40,621 bases of DNA from the IMG/VR virus record IMGVR_UViG_3300017658_000006, positions 1 through 40,621 of that record; one strand, given 5' to 3'. The notes below the pieces were generated by a model. It was not told the DNA's origin. It saw nothing but the letters and a program-made list of their open reading frames with translations, and made no database searches. Both the position numbers and the translations under genes were made by a program. This DNA comes from a virus (Duplodnaviria > Caudoviricetes). Position 1 is the first letter of the stretch. Each line of letters opens with the position of its first letter. Positions 16,052 through 24,757 of this stretch are shown here, one piece after another.

Positions 16052-18256
16052 CTATCCGCCTGCTGGCGGTGTTTCAGGGGCAGGCGGCTGCATCGCCATC
16101 TGCTGGTTGAACTGCTGGTCCTGATCGGTCCTATCGGCGTTGCGCAGGTCCATCTCGCGCTGGTGCTCTGCCTGCACGTCGGCCGACTGCGCCTGGCTCA
16201 TCTGCAGCAGCGTGTCGATCACGTACTGCTGGCGCTGCATCTGAGCCGCCATCTGCTGAGCGAACTGCTGCAGCCCAGCGATGGCGGCCTTGGTCTCGTT
16301 GTTCATCGAGGCGACGGCCAACTGCGTGCGCGATTGCAGTTGCGCCTTCTGCAGGTCAGCATCGGTCTTGTACAGGTTGACCTTGATCTCGCCGTCCTTG
16401 GCCTGGACCTGCTGCTTCAGTTGCTCGTTCTCGGACAGCAACTCAGTCACGATGCTGCGGCCTTCCTGCACCTGGGCCTGAAGCTGCTGTATCTGCGCAG
16501 TCACTTCAGGCGGAAGCGCCTGCTCGCCGTCGTCATCAGCCTGCGCCGCCTCACGCGGGAGCATCGCCTTCAGCCGACGAGCCATCTTCTCGGCGCCCGG
16601 CATGTCCTGGCTGGCAATGAAGATGTCACCCAGCACCTGAAACGCCTGCGGGAACGCCTGGAACAGGTCCCGCATCGTCTCGACCATCTCAAGCCGCTTC
16701 GTGGAGTAACTCGGCCCCACCGCAGCCACTACGTCGTAGCGGCCTACCCCGAGGTTGTAGATCGTGCGAATGCCCTGCCCGCTGGGGTCGGGAATCTTGC
16801 GCACTGCCTGCTGCTGCCCAGGATCGATGAACGCCGTATCGACCTCATCATCTTCCCCGAGGATGCGTGTGACAGTCTGCTCGCTGTACGTCTTGGGAAT
16901 CCACTGGACCAGAACGCGCCCGCAATGCCGCAGGGCCTTGGCCGCGTTGTCGTGGTAGTGGAACGATCCAACATCACCCTCGCGCTGACGCGCCAGGATG
17001 GCCTTCCCCGAAGTCTCGTTGCCCTTCTGCCCAAGGGACGCAGCCCCCATGCCAGAGGTGTCCTTCAGGGCGTCCTTGGCGAGCACCAGCCCCTGGATCA
17101 ACCCCTGAGCAGCAAGCGGAGGCTGGGATCGCTGGGGAGGCGGCGCGGCCTGCCCATTCACGTCCACCGTGTTGTATTCGAGGTACGCCAGGTTCTCGGA
17201 GTTGGCAGATGCCCAGTCCTGTTCGAAGCCGTCGAACTGCCCAGCAGCACCAACGAAGGGCGCCTTGGGCTGCAAGGCGACAGCCTCCACGTAGGAGGAG
17301 AAGTTGTAGCTCACCATCCGCGCCGCATCGCGCGAATCCCGCACCAGCCCCTTGTAGACCTTCCGGCCATCGAGGACGTACGCCTCTCCGACCATTCGGA
17401 AGACCGGGATGTAGCTGATCGGAAGCTCGACCGTCTTTAGGACCTTGTTGCCGATGAGTTTGCGCCACACGCACACCTTCTTGCGGTCAATGCGCGTTCC
17501 TCGGACTTCCCCCTTCTGCCCCGACTCCTTTGCCGCAGCCCAATACTCGTCCTCCGACACCTCGCCTTCAGGCGTCTGGATCCTGTTGGATGACTGGTCC
17601 TCGATGCGAAACCACTCGGCAATCCGCACCGAGTCATCGGACACCCAAAGGTCGTCCTCACCCTCCTCCCACGGCTGCAGCTCGACTCCGGGATAGTCCT
17701 TGACGAACTGCGCACGAGGCACCTGTACCGTGATGAAGGCATACCGCGCATCCGAGCCCACAGGGCAGACCGCGAACGGGTCCATCACAACCGTATTCGG
17801 GTCGTCGATGGCCTTGATGCACAGTTCGGGCTTGCCCTCGTACAACTCCTCGATCAGCCGGAAGTAACCGACACCCGCCACGACTTGGTAGAAGTTGGCC
17901 GTCTCGTAGGCGATGTCCGCCATCGAGTTCTGCTCGACGTGCCGAATGACGCCGTTGAACACCTCGGCGGTGTCCTTGTCGGCCTTGTCATCGACCGGGC
18001 GCACCTTGATCCCCGGACGGTTCTGGCGGAAGTCGTTGGTGATCTGATGGACGCGCGACGGCAGGTCAGAAACGACCAGGCACGGGCGAGCGCCTTTCGG
18101 GTCGCCCTCTCGCGCCATGCGAAGGCGCTCCGGCCAGATGCCCGAGCCGTCATAGATGCGCAGGTCCTCCTGGGACTCGTTGCGCTGCGTGCTTTCGGCG
18201 TCGTAGCCTTCAGCGAACTGCGTGCGCGCCAGCCCAAGGAGTTCTTTTTCGTTCAT
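16052..18256 (-). CDS. P22-like portal protein
   Basis: 734 aa; SGKAILARQREG, GRYDVVAAVGPSYSTKR; Gln-rich C-terminal helix. Confidence 0.92.
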   Translation of the reverse strand: MNEKELLGLARTQFAEGYDAESTQRNESQEDLRIYDGSGIWPERLRMAREGDPKGARPCLVVSDLPSRVHQITNDFRQNRPGIKVRPVDDKADKDTAEVFNGVIRHVEQNSMADIAYETANFYQVVAGVGYFRLIEELYEGKPELCIKAIDDPNTVVMDPFAVCPVGSDARYAFITVQVPRAQFVKDYPGVELQPWEEGEDDLWVSDDSVRIAEWFRIEDQSSNRIQTPEGEVSEDEYWAAAKESGQKGEVRGTRIDRKKVCVWRKLIGNKVLKTVELPISYIPVFRMVGEAYVLDGRKVYKGLVRDSRDAARMVSYNFSSYVEAVALQPKAPFVGAAGQFDGFEQDWASANSENLAYLEYNTVDVNGQAAPPPQRSQPPLAAQGLIQGLVLAKDALKDTSGMGAASLGQKGNETSGKAILARQREGDVGSFHYHDNAAKALRHCGRVLVQWIPKTYSEQTVTRILGEDDEVDTAFIDPGQQQAVRKIPDPSGQGIRTIYNLGVGRYDVVAAVGPSYSTKRLEMVETMRDLFQAFPQAFQVLGDIFIASQDMPGAEKMARRLKAMLPREAAQADDDGEQALPPEVTAQIQQLQAQVQEGRSIVTELLSENEQLKQQVQAKDGEIKVNLYKTDADLQKAQLQSRTQLAVASMNNETKAAIAGLQQFAQQMAAQMQRQQYVIDTLLQMSQAQSADVQAEHQREMDLRNADRTDQDQQFNQQMAMQPPAPETPPAGG

Positions 18257-19488
18257 CAGTTCATCCAGGCGCCACTGCGGACAGCCACGCGATTCCGATT
18301 GATCTGCGGCTTCGGCGCACGCACCACGGCCCGCCTTGCGCCCTCGCAGGCATATCGCAACGCATCAATCACGTGGTTGTCCTTGTCTTCCAGAATGGGC
18401 ATGACCTGCCCTGTCAGCGGATCGGTCTTGTACGAGTACAGCGTCAACTCGTCGATCAGGTGTTTGCACCGCGGATGAACAACGATGTCAAAGCTCTTCA
18501 GGAACTCGACGCCTTCTTCCAGGCTTTTCGCGCCCTTGACCGCCGCGACGATCTTGGGGAAGCCATGCTTTTGCATGTAGCTGATCGTCTCCGGCCTGGC
18601 GGAGTCCGCCGTGATGATCCAGCGCTCAGCGTCCGGCACCGACCTGAATAGATCCGGCGTGTTCACGATCTCACAGCCGACCATGTACGCCTCGTAGTCA
18701 ACGTACAGCTTCCGGCCATCGATCCAGCACCTCACCAAAACGGTCGGATCGATGCTGAAGCCCCAGTCTGCCCCCAGCCTGAAGTGCGATCCGGCTGGGC
18801 TTTCGAACTCCTCGACGGTCCAGTTCTTGAAGACCCGCGCCTCGCTGTTGCGCTGATACTCACCGAGCCAGACGTGCGCGTACTTGTCCGGATCGCGCCG
18901 CTTGTCGTACTCCATCTCCTCCAGCAACTCGGCCGGGAGCCACGGGTTGTCCATGTAGTTCGCACGGACGACGATGCTGTTGGGCGGCGGCTCATCGCCA
19001 CGAAGCAGTACATCCACCGGGTCAGTCGCGAACTGCGGGTTCCACCCGAACCAGAGTTGCGATCCAGGCTTGCGGATGGTCGGCCGCAGCAAAGTCAAAC
19101 TCTTGTCGCTGGCGTTCTGGGCTTCCTCGAACCACGCCCGGTCAAACCCTTCCAGCGACTTGATCGAGTCAGCCGTGTGGTTCTGCATGCCCTCGAAGAT
19201 CGTCACCCCGCCCTGCCTCGAAAGGATGCGACGGTCCTGAACCTCGAAGTACGCCCCAGCGTTGAAGCGCTCGATCTTTGCCTCAAGCAGCTTCTTGACC
19301 GAGAACTCCAAGCTCTTGAGCGTTTCCCGGACGCACACAACGTCAAGCTTCTCGGCGATGTTCTCTTCCAGCCACAGTTCGCCGAAGAAATGCGACTTGC
19401 CCGAGCCCCGGCCACCATATGCCCCCTTGTAGCGGGCAGGCTGCAGCAGAGGCTCGAAGACCTCCGGGGTCTCAATGGTCAGCTTCAC
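18256..19488 (-). CDS. terL: Terminase large subunit (PBSX family)
   Basis: Walker A GGRGSGKS, WFEEA Walker B, DWGF..DP and NHVIDALRY nuclease motifs. Confidence 0.95.
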   Translation of the reverse strand: MKLTIETPEVFEPLLQPARYKGAYGGRGSGKSHFFGELWLEENIAEKLDVVCVRETLKSLEFSVKKLLEAKIERFNAGAYFEVQDRRILSRQGGVTIFEGMQNHTADSIKSLEGFDRAWFEEAQNASDKSLTLLRPTIRKPGSQLWFGWNPQFATDPVDVLLRGDEPPPNSIVVRANYMDNPWLPAELLEEMEYDKRRDPDKYAHVWLGEYQRNSEARVFKNWTVEEFESPAGSHFRLGADWGFSIDPTVLVRCWIDGRKLYVDYEAYMVGCEIVNTPDLFRSVPDAERWIITADSARPETISYMQKHGFPKIVAAVKGAKSLEEGVEFLKSFDIVVHPRCKHLIDELTLYSYKTDPLTGQVMPILEDKDNHVIDALRYACEGARRAVVRAPKPQINRNRVAVRSGAWMN

Positions 19489-19730
19489 TTCTTGACGATG
19501 ACCCGCTCGATGCGCTCGATCTGAATCGCGCCGCCGTCTTCGCCAGTCACTTCCGTTCGCCCAAGATCCGGCACGAGCTTCTTCAGGAGAATGTCTGCGG
19601 CCTTGATCTGCGTGGGCGTCATCTCGTTCCTCCCCTGCAAGTGCTCATACAGGCGCAGGCCGATGACGGACACCTTGATCTTCTCTTTCCAGGTGTCGGT
19701 AAGCTCGACCTTTCGCTTACGGGCTGCCAT
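19485..19730 (-). CDS. Putative terminase small subunit
   Basis: Coupled upstream of terL; ILLKKLVPDL..EVTGEDGGAI. Confidence 0.7.
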   Translation of the reverse strand: MAARKRKVELTDTWKEKIKVSVIGLRLYEHLQGRNEMTPTQIKAADILLKKLVPDLGRTEVTGEDGGAIQIERIERVIVKK

Positions 19731-20319
19731 ACCGAAGTTCCACGCCATGCTCTCGCAGATGCGGCGCAATCTTGTCCAGCGCCTCGCGGCTGCTTCGGAT
19801 CAGCTCCCATGCGCTCGGGAAGAGCGACTTGAATCCGCCTTCTAGAACTGCGAGCGCGAACTTGTTGCCAGTCAGCCCATGGTTCTTTCCACCAGTCTTC
19901 AACCAGAAGGCGAACCAGTACAGCGCGTTGCCGCTCTTGCTCGAAACGAGTTGGGCGACAGCATCCATCGCACCCCAAGGCTTGGCTACCGGCTCCCGAC
20001 GAATGAAGGCCCCGCGAGGCGCACCGCCACCCGGGACGATGTTTGTCAGTGCCTCAAGGCCGTACTCGGCTACGCGGCTGTCTTCAAAATCGTAAGCGGC
20101 TTGCTCATCCCAGAAGAATGCAATGAACCGCCTTTCGACTTCCAGGCCTGCCGCCCATATGTCTTTGATTTTGTTTATCTTTTCTGAACATACCCCCACA
20201 TCCTTTTGAGCTTCGCGCTCATGGGCATGGATGCGGTTGCCGCACCCCTTCCCTACGTAGAAGGCGAGACCATCGCGAGGGTCGATCAGTTCGTAGACAT
20301 ACCAGCGCGCATTGCGCAT
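19717..20319 (-). CDS. GIY-YIG nuclease-domain protein (200 aa)
   Basis: YVYELIDPRDG..FYVGKGCGNR..H, E, LTN motifs; AAGGAG RBS before the ATG at 20319. Confidence 0.85.
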   Translation of the reverse strand: MRNARWYVYELIDPRDGLAFYVGKGCGNRIHAHEREAQKDVGVCSEKINKIKDIWAAGLEVERRFIAFFWDEQAAYDFEDSRVAEYGLEALTNIVPGGGAPRGAFIRREPVAKPWGAMDAVAQLVSSKSGNALYWFAFWLKTGGKNHGLTGNKFALAVLEGGFKSLFPSAWELIRSSREALDKIAPHLREHGVELRYGSP

Positions 20320-20375
20320 AGCTGCTCCTTGGAGCCCCTGGACTCGCCCAGGTGCGGGTGTTGAAACGGGTGAGG

Positions 20376-20441
20376 TCAGTACATCCCACCATCCAGCGGA
20401 GGGATGTAGATGCCGTAAAGGAGATTCCAGCCGTAGTACAT
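20376..20441 (-). CDS. Putative 21-aa micro-peptide MYYGWNLLYGIYIPPLDGGMY
   Basis: GGAGGT RBS just upstream of the ATG. Confidence 0.4.
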   Translation of the reverse strand: MYYGWNLLYGIYIPPLDGGMY

Positions 20442-20454
20442 GTGACCTCCAGAA

Positions 20455-20488
20455 TGAAAGAAGCCCGCCAATCCGAAGACTGGCAGGC
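20455..20488 (-). terminator. Intrinsic terminator in the late leader
   Basis: GCCTGCCAGTC-TTCG-GATTGGCGGGC followed by TTCTTT. Confidence 0.7.
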
Positions 20489-20731
20489 AAGGCGCCCTGC
20501 AAAGAAGCGGGCGAGGAGACAAGATCGAGGGCGGTCGGGAAGTCCCAACCCTGCACAGGTTGACGTGCTTGACCCTCACGACTGCGGACTGCTTCTTTAG
20601 GCTGGCTCTCTCGGCTCAACACCCGTAGTGCCTGCACCCGGCGAAATCCCCGGGGCAATCCGCATGCGTGAAGGTGCCGGTTTTGTTTGGGCGCCGTCAT
20701 CGCGCCCGTCCAGCCTCCCGGCAACTGGTTC

Positions 20732-20803
20732 TGGTGGACCGCGTCGGTATCGAACCGACCAGGGATGGCTTGCAGGGCCTTCCTGCGCCCCTGCGCGCAG
20801 CCC
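20732..20803 (-). tRNA. Non-canonical tRNA-Ala(TGC)-like RNA, 72 nt
   Basis: Acceptor GGGCTGC/GCGGTCC+ACCA with G3:U70 and A73; T-arm GTCGG-TTCGATA-CCGAC; loop CCTGCAA; miniature D-arm. Confidence 0.7.
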
Positions 20804-20919
20804 GAAAAGGTTGCCGGGCTTCCACCGGCTGCGGGAAGAGCTGGTTAGGCCCGGCACAGCCATCCAGTGTTATCACTGGCGTCTGCGGTCCCTCTTGGCC
20901 CCACCACAGGGCCAGACTC

Positions 20920-20995
20920 TGGAGCATCCCGGGGAAATCGAATCCCACTCAGCGCGGCTTGGAAGGCCGGCGACACGTCCCGCGTGCTGGAATGC
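20920..20995 (-). tRNA. Non-canonical tRNA-Gly(TCC)-like RNA, 76 nt
   Basis: Acceptor GCATTCC/GGGATGC+TCCA (U73); anticodon loop CTTCCAA; T-loop TTCGATT. Confidence 0.7.
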
Positions 20996-21061
20996 CTGAT
21001 GGGTGGCCGGGGCTCAGTCCAGTGCGGAGAAGCAGAGGATTGGGTGACTGGCCCCAGGCCG

Positions 21062-21107
21062 GAAACAGAAAAGCCCTGATTTCGGAGAAAGCTCCGCCAT
21101 CAAGGGC
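21062..21107 (-). terminator. tR'-like terminator
   Basis: GCCCTTGAT...ATCAGGGC followed by TTTTCTGTTT, about 50 nt after the late promoter. Confidence 0.6.
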
Positions 21108-21147
21108 CGGGGTGCGCAATTTTGGTCTGGTTCAGCGACTCACCGAA

Positions 21148-21192
21148 CTTATACGCAGCGGGATCGTAACATACGGAAAGGGGCTTGCGCAA
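21148..21192 (-). promoter_or_regulatory. Late promoter (pR'-like) with -10-like pause element
   Basis: TTGCGC-18nt-TACGAT with TGn, directly after Q; TATAAG in the initial transcribed region. Confidence 0.65.
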
Positions 21193-21199
21193 GGCGCCC

Positions 21200-21721
21200 T
21201 CAAAGGTCCAGGGAAGGCGCGATCTTTGCCATCGCGGCTCCTCCCGCTCTGCACAGGTGGCGCTCCATCACGGCGACCAACCACCCGGCCAGTTCGCGCT
21301 TCTCGGCATGAAACGCTCGCTCAAACGGACGCTTCCCGGTTCCCCTGCACTCCCTGCATTCCTGATGGCCCAGGGTCTTCGTCCCAGGGATGACCAACTT
21401 CCCGTGGCCGCCGCAGGGCCGGCACGCACTGTCCCGATGCCACGCAAGGCAGGATTTCGCCATGTCCACCGACTGAACCTCTGACATCCTGAGGCGCATC
21501 CCGTTGGCCTTCTGACGGACGAGTTCAGCCAGGATGGCAACCACCGCCTCTGCCGCCCCGTTGTCGCCCAGGAACAGACGTTGCAAGGCCACCGCCAGCG
21601 GATGCTCCCTGCCCGCCAGTCCGAACGCCCCCAGCACGTCCGTATCGCTGTACGTCGTCCTCTCGTCCGTCTGGAGATTGCTCGACCTGATGGCGCTGGC
21701 GTAGCGGTCCTGAATCAGCAT
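21200..21721 (-). CDS. Q: Late antiterminator Q-like protein
   Basis: CRPCGGHG..CRECRGTG zinc finger; last early gene before the late promoter. Confidence 0.75.
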   Translation of the reverse strand: MLIQDRYASAIRSSNLQTDERTTYSDTDVLGAFGLAGREHPLAVALQRLFLGDNGAAEAVVAILAELVRQKANGMRLRMSEVQSVDMAKSCLAWHRDSACRPCGGHGKLVIPGTKTLGHQECRECRGTGKRPFERAFHAEKRELAGWLVAVMERHLCRAGGAAMAKIAPSLDL

Positions 21722-21731
21722 GCGTCCTCCC

Positions 21732-21947
21732 TCAAAAGTCCAACCTGAGCTTCACTTCCACGAACTCCGGCACCGAAAGCGCAGGGTCGTCCTCTATGCA
21801 TAGCGGACCATCCCCGTAGATGACCACGGACTCGATGCCGACGCCCGCCTCATCCCTGAACTGCTTCAGGAGCGGCACGACAGCCTCGTACAGGTGACGC
21901 TCAAGCTCTCGCTTGGCGGATTTCAACTCTTGGACCGTGACTGTCAT
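21732..21947 (-). CDS. Hypothetical protein
   Basis: AGGAG RBS, tight packing. Confidence 0.65.
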   Translation of the reverse strand: MTVTVQELKSAKRELERHLYEAVVPLLKQFRDEAGVGIESVVIYGDGPLCIEDDPALSVPEFVEVKLRLDF

Positions 21948-21949
21948 CC

Positions 21950-22201
21950 CTACTCCTTCTCTTCCCGAATGCGACGAACCGCCGCGAGATCGCTCTGCAC
22001 CTTCTCGGTCTTGAGCGCGTCCGCAGCGTTCATGGATACCCGGCCCTTGTCGGACACCCGGTAGCGCACGATCTGCCCGCATACCTGGCGCACCACGAAC
22101 CGCGCATCCGGCCTGCTGGCGAACCAGCGGCTGAGCTTCTTGCAGTCGTCTTGTAGGAGGCCGGGAGGCCAGCCGGTGCGGCTATCGGGGCCTGCATTCA
22201 T
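21950..22201 (-). CDS. Hypothetical protein
   Basis: GWPPGLLQDDCKKLSRWFA; operon packing. Confidence 0.65.
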   Translation of the reverse strand: MNAGPDSRTGWPPGLLQDDCKKLSRWFASRPDARFVVRQVCGQIVRYRVSDKGRVSMNAADALKTEKVQSDLAAVRRIREEKE

Positions 22202-22337
22202 AGACCTTGCCTTCCACTACGTGCGCTCCAAGCCTGTCGCAATCACGCGTCCAAACGGCGTCGGCCGTGCTCATACCCAGAAGCACCAAGGCCCAGAACA
22301 ACACGACGCCCAACACTGCTGATGCGGCGTACCTCAT
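22182..22337 (-). CDS. Small membrane/secreted protein (51 aa)
   Basis: MRYAASAVLGVVLFWALVLLG..; ATGA overlap; absent from the ORF track. Confidence 0.55.
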   Translation of the reverse strand: MRYAASAVLGVVLFWALVLLGMSTADAVWTRDCDRLGAHVVEGKVYECRPR

Positions 22338-22618
22338 CCCCGCTCCTTGTCTCTGGCGCGGATGGCGGCGACGAGATCATCGATAGCCGAGATAGCGCCC
22401 ATCCTTGCGCTGGAATCCTCAGGCAGCCAGTCGTTGCAGTGCTCCAGCGCCTCCAGGGCCTGCTTGAGTAGCGCGGTGTCTGCCCTCTGCCCTGCAGCGT
22501 AGGCGGCTTGCCATGCGAGTTCAGCGACACCATCCCAACCGCGCTTTCCACCGGCAGCCGCGAATGCTCGGCACTCCCGTCTCTTCCACGCCTCGAACTC
22601 CTCGCGCATCGTGCTCAC
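22334..22618 (-). CDS. Hypothetical nin-region protein
   Basis: REEFEAW..AWQAA, LLKQALEALE; coupled to neighbours. Confidence 0.7.
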   Translation of the reverse strand: MSTMREEFEAWKRRECRAFAAAGGKRGWDGVAELAWQAAYAAGQRADTALLKQALEALEHCNDWLPEDSSARMGAISAIDDLVAAIRARDKERG

Positions 22619-22929
22619 TGCCCACCTCCCACCGCCCCAAGGGCGAAGACGCTGTTGGGCTGGGTGCGGATTGCCTCAGCCACAGAACCTCTCGTGAGAA
22701 TCCCCCGGTCCAGCTCGATGTGCATGCCCGCTGCCTGCACTCGGCCCAGCGTCGTCAGGGCAAAGACCTTGGGCTGAGTCCGCTGCACCTGGCGCACGAA
22801 CCCCATGTCGCACAAGTCGTGCACGCACCTTCGCGCAGCGTCCACACGACAGTCGATGGCATGGGCCAGCTCGAATGCATTCATCGCCGTATCAAAGAGC
22901 GCCATGAGGGCCATCTGGTTCCGGGTCAT
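22615..22929 (-). CDS. Winged-helix-like hypothetical protein
   Basis: AFELAHAI..ARRCVHDLCDMGFV..FALTTLG. Confidence 0.65.
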   Translation of the reverse strand: MTRNQMALMALFDTAMNAFELAHAIDCRVDAARRCVHDLCDMGFVRQVQRTQPKVFALTTLGRVQAAGMHIELDRGILTRGSVAEAIRTQPNSVFALGAVGGGQ

Positions 22930-23078
22930 GCAACATGCTCCCGAACAACAAGCGCCCGCATCCCAAGGAAGTGACGCACATACCTTGCGTGAGCATTCGC
23001 CTGCGCTGACGATGCGAACGACTTCCCTCGGTGCCAGAATCCCTCAGACGGACTCATGGCCTTGACGACCCACTTCAT
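22926..23078 (-). CDS. Hypothetical protein (50 aa)
   Basis: ATGA overlaps at both ends. Confidence 0.55.
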   Translation of the reverse strand: MKWVVKAMSPSEGFWHRGKSFASSAQANAHARYVRHFLGMRALVVREHVA

Positions 23079-23635
23079 GCTCGTTCCTTCCTCAGTTCCC
23101 GGGCCTTGGCCCGATATGTGTCGCGGATCTGGATCAACTCCTCGCGGGTCCACTTGTGCGGCTCGTTGCTCGCCTCCAACGCCTCGACACGCTCCAAACC
23201 GATCCGCGCGATCAGCCCGATGCGATAGTCCGCAGCATTGCCAGCCAACCACCGGTTCTCCTGCTTCGCTTGGGCGTGGCAGTTGTCCTCGTTGAACCGG
23301 AGATGGGGGGCGGCCCCAACGGAGCGGTAGTGGCCGGCGTCTACGCCGTTCCCTGACCAATCCAGAGGCTGCCCGCTGCTGATGCAAGGGTGGCCGGCCA
23401 ACTGGTCCCGTAGGCGGATGAAGGTGTTGAATTCCCGCTGCGCCTCTGCCTTGAGTTGGGGCAGCGTCTTCATAGCCTGCCGGCGCGTCTTGACCTTCGC
23501 CCGCTCCTCGGCCTTGTCCTGCTTGACCTTCCTGGCGGCGCACCGGGGCGAACACACGGCCTGCATGGGCCTCACCGGCACGAAGGCGGTGCCACAGTGG
23601 GCGCAGGGCCGGGGCTTGGGCTCAAACGGTCGCAT
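23075..23635 (-). CDS. ninG: NinG/Rap recombination endonuclease
   Basis: FNTFIRLRD..PCISSG..DAGHYRSVGAAPHLRFNEDNCHAQ. Confidence 0.92.
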   Translation of the reverse strand: MRPFEPKPRPCAHCGTAFVPVRPMQAVCSPRCAARKVKQDKAEERAKVKTRRQAMKTLPQLKAEAQREFNTFIRLRDQLAGHPCISSGQPLDWSGNGVDAGHYRSVGAAPHLRFNEDNCHAQAKQENRWLAGNAADYRIGLIARIGLERVEALEASNEPHKWTREELIQIRDTYRAKARELRKERA

Positions 23636-24029
23636 GCTCTGCCTGCCACGCCTGCACAAAGGTGATCAACTCGGCGCATTCCGCCTTGGACAGCTTGGAG
23701 GTGTGCCGGAAGACGACATCCACGCCATGCCCGTCCAGCGCCGGCAGGATCTCGACCGACTCACCGCGCGCCCGCATCCACGCCGCGGTCATCAGGCGTT
23801 TCCAGGTATCGATGTCACGCTTGCGGCCGGCCCATTCCTGGGTTCGGGCGATCTCGGCCAGGGTGGCGTGCAGCAAGGCGTTCTGCTCGTTGTTGCGCGT
23901 CTCCGGGCGCAGTTCCAGCACCATGCGATGCCCAGCCATCAGCGCTGACTTGGCGACCATCCAGGCGTTCTCGAAGGGCGCCCGAGCTTGCTGGGCGTTG
24001 ATCAGGTGGGCTTTCAGCGTCTCGCTCAC
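23622..24029 (-). CDS. ninB: NinB/Orf recombination protein
   Basis: RNNEQNALLHATLAEIA..WK..TSKLSKAECAELI. Confidence 0.9.
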   Translation of the reverse strand: MSETLKAHLINAQQARAPFENAWMVAKSALMAGHRMVLELRPETRNNEQNALLHATLAEIARTQEWAGRKRDIDTWKRLMTAAWMRARGESVEILPALDGHGVDVVFRHTSKLSKAECAELITFVQAWQAEHATV

Positions 24030-24319
24030 GCCGGCGCTCCAGACACGACCAACCCCAACTCCCGCGCGATGCCATGCTCCATCCGCGCTCCACGCGACCC
24101 CTGCCAGCCCCGCAGCATGTGGATTTCGTCGCACGTAACGAGCTGAGCGATCGCCAGCCGCATGTAGCCCTCCCACGAGCCACAGCGAGGCGCAGGGTTC
24201 TCCGCCGGGTTCTCGACGTGGTAGCCCAGCTCCCGAAGCTGGCCGGCCACGCGATGGAACTCGGGATAGTTCAGGTCGGGCATGTTCGACATCGGCCCGG
24301 CGATGTAGACACGGTTCAT
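24026..24319 (-). CDS. DUF4406-like (nucleoside deoxyribosyltransferase-fold) protein
   Basis: VYIAGPMS..NYPEF..NPAE..CDEIHMLRGWQGSRGARME. Confidence 0.85.
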   Translation of the reverse strand: MNRVYIAGPMSNMPDLNYPEFHRVAGQLRELGYHVENPAENPAPRCGSWEGYMRLAIAQLVTCDEIHMLRGWQGSRGARMEHGIARELGLVVSGAPA

Positions 24320-24522
24320 GCCGGAACCCACTCCAGCACAGGAGCCCCGCCGAACTGCGCCTTCGCATCCTCCATGCTCAGCGCCGTCCCGAGACGCTGC
24401 CATGCCGTCGCGTACCACTCACGCTTGACCATCTGGCCGGTCTTGGCGTCGATGGTCGTGAAGTAGGTTCCGGTGCCCGTGTGGATCGGGCGCAGGACGT
24501 TGTAGTAGCCTTGTTCACGCAT
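24316..24522 (-). CDS. Hypothetical protein
   Basis: Coupled small ORF. Confidence 0.6.
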   Translation of the reverse strand: MREQGYYNVLRPIHTGTGTYFTTIDAKTGQMVKREWYATAWQRLGTALSMEDAKAQFGGAPVLEWVPA

Positions 24523-24757
24523 TGGGGGTCTCCTTGCACTTCCTGTCACCGCGGCATTCCTGGCAAACCCAGTCAGGCATGGGATCGCCTTTGTGAACAG
24601 CAACACGGGACACCGCATCACCACGCCGGATGCAACGCGACACGAACTTCGCCGTGTCCTTCTCGTACCCGGGGTCATCCCATGCCATCGCGGATACCCT
24701 GCCGCAGGGGCGCCGAGCGATGTACTGGTAGCCAACGAGTTCAGCCTGCTCACTCAT
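24515..24757 (-). CDS. Hypothetical Cys-containing protein
   Basis: Tight packing; PCG...CQEC. Confidence 0.6.
   Translation of the reverse strand: MSEQAELVGYQYIARRPCGRVSAMAWDDPGYEKDTAKFVSRCIRRGDAVSRVAVHKGDPMPDWVCQECRGDRKCKETPNA

Noticed and set aside
14057-17440. Long plus-strand ORFs (408 aa, 473 aa)
   Set aside because: Antisense shadows of the coat and portal genes in GC-rich DNA
20320-20724. 135-aa N-terminal extension of the GIY-YIG ORF
   Set aside because: Crosses a terminator and structured RNA; a good RBS precedes the ATG at 20319
20732-20803. tRNA-Cys(GCA) or tmRNA reading
   Set aside because: The stem register centres the loop on TGC and the acceptor has Ala identity; far too short for tmRNA and no tag ORF
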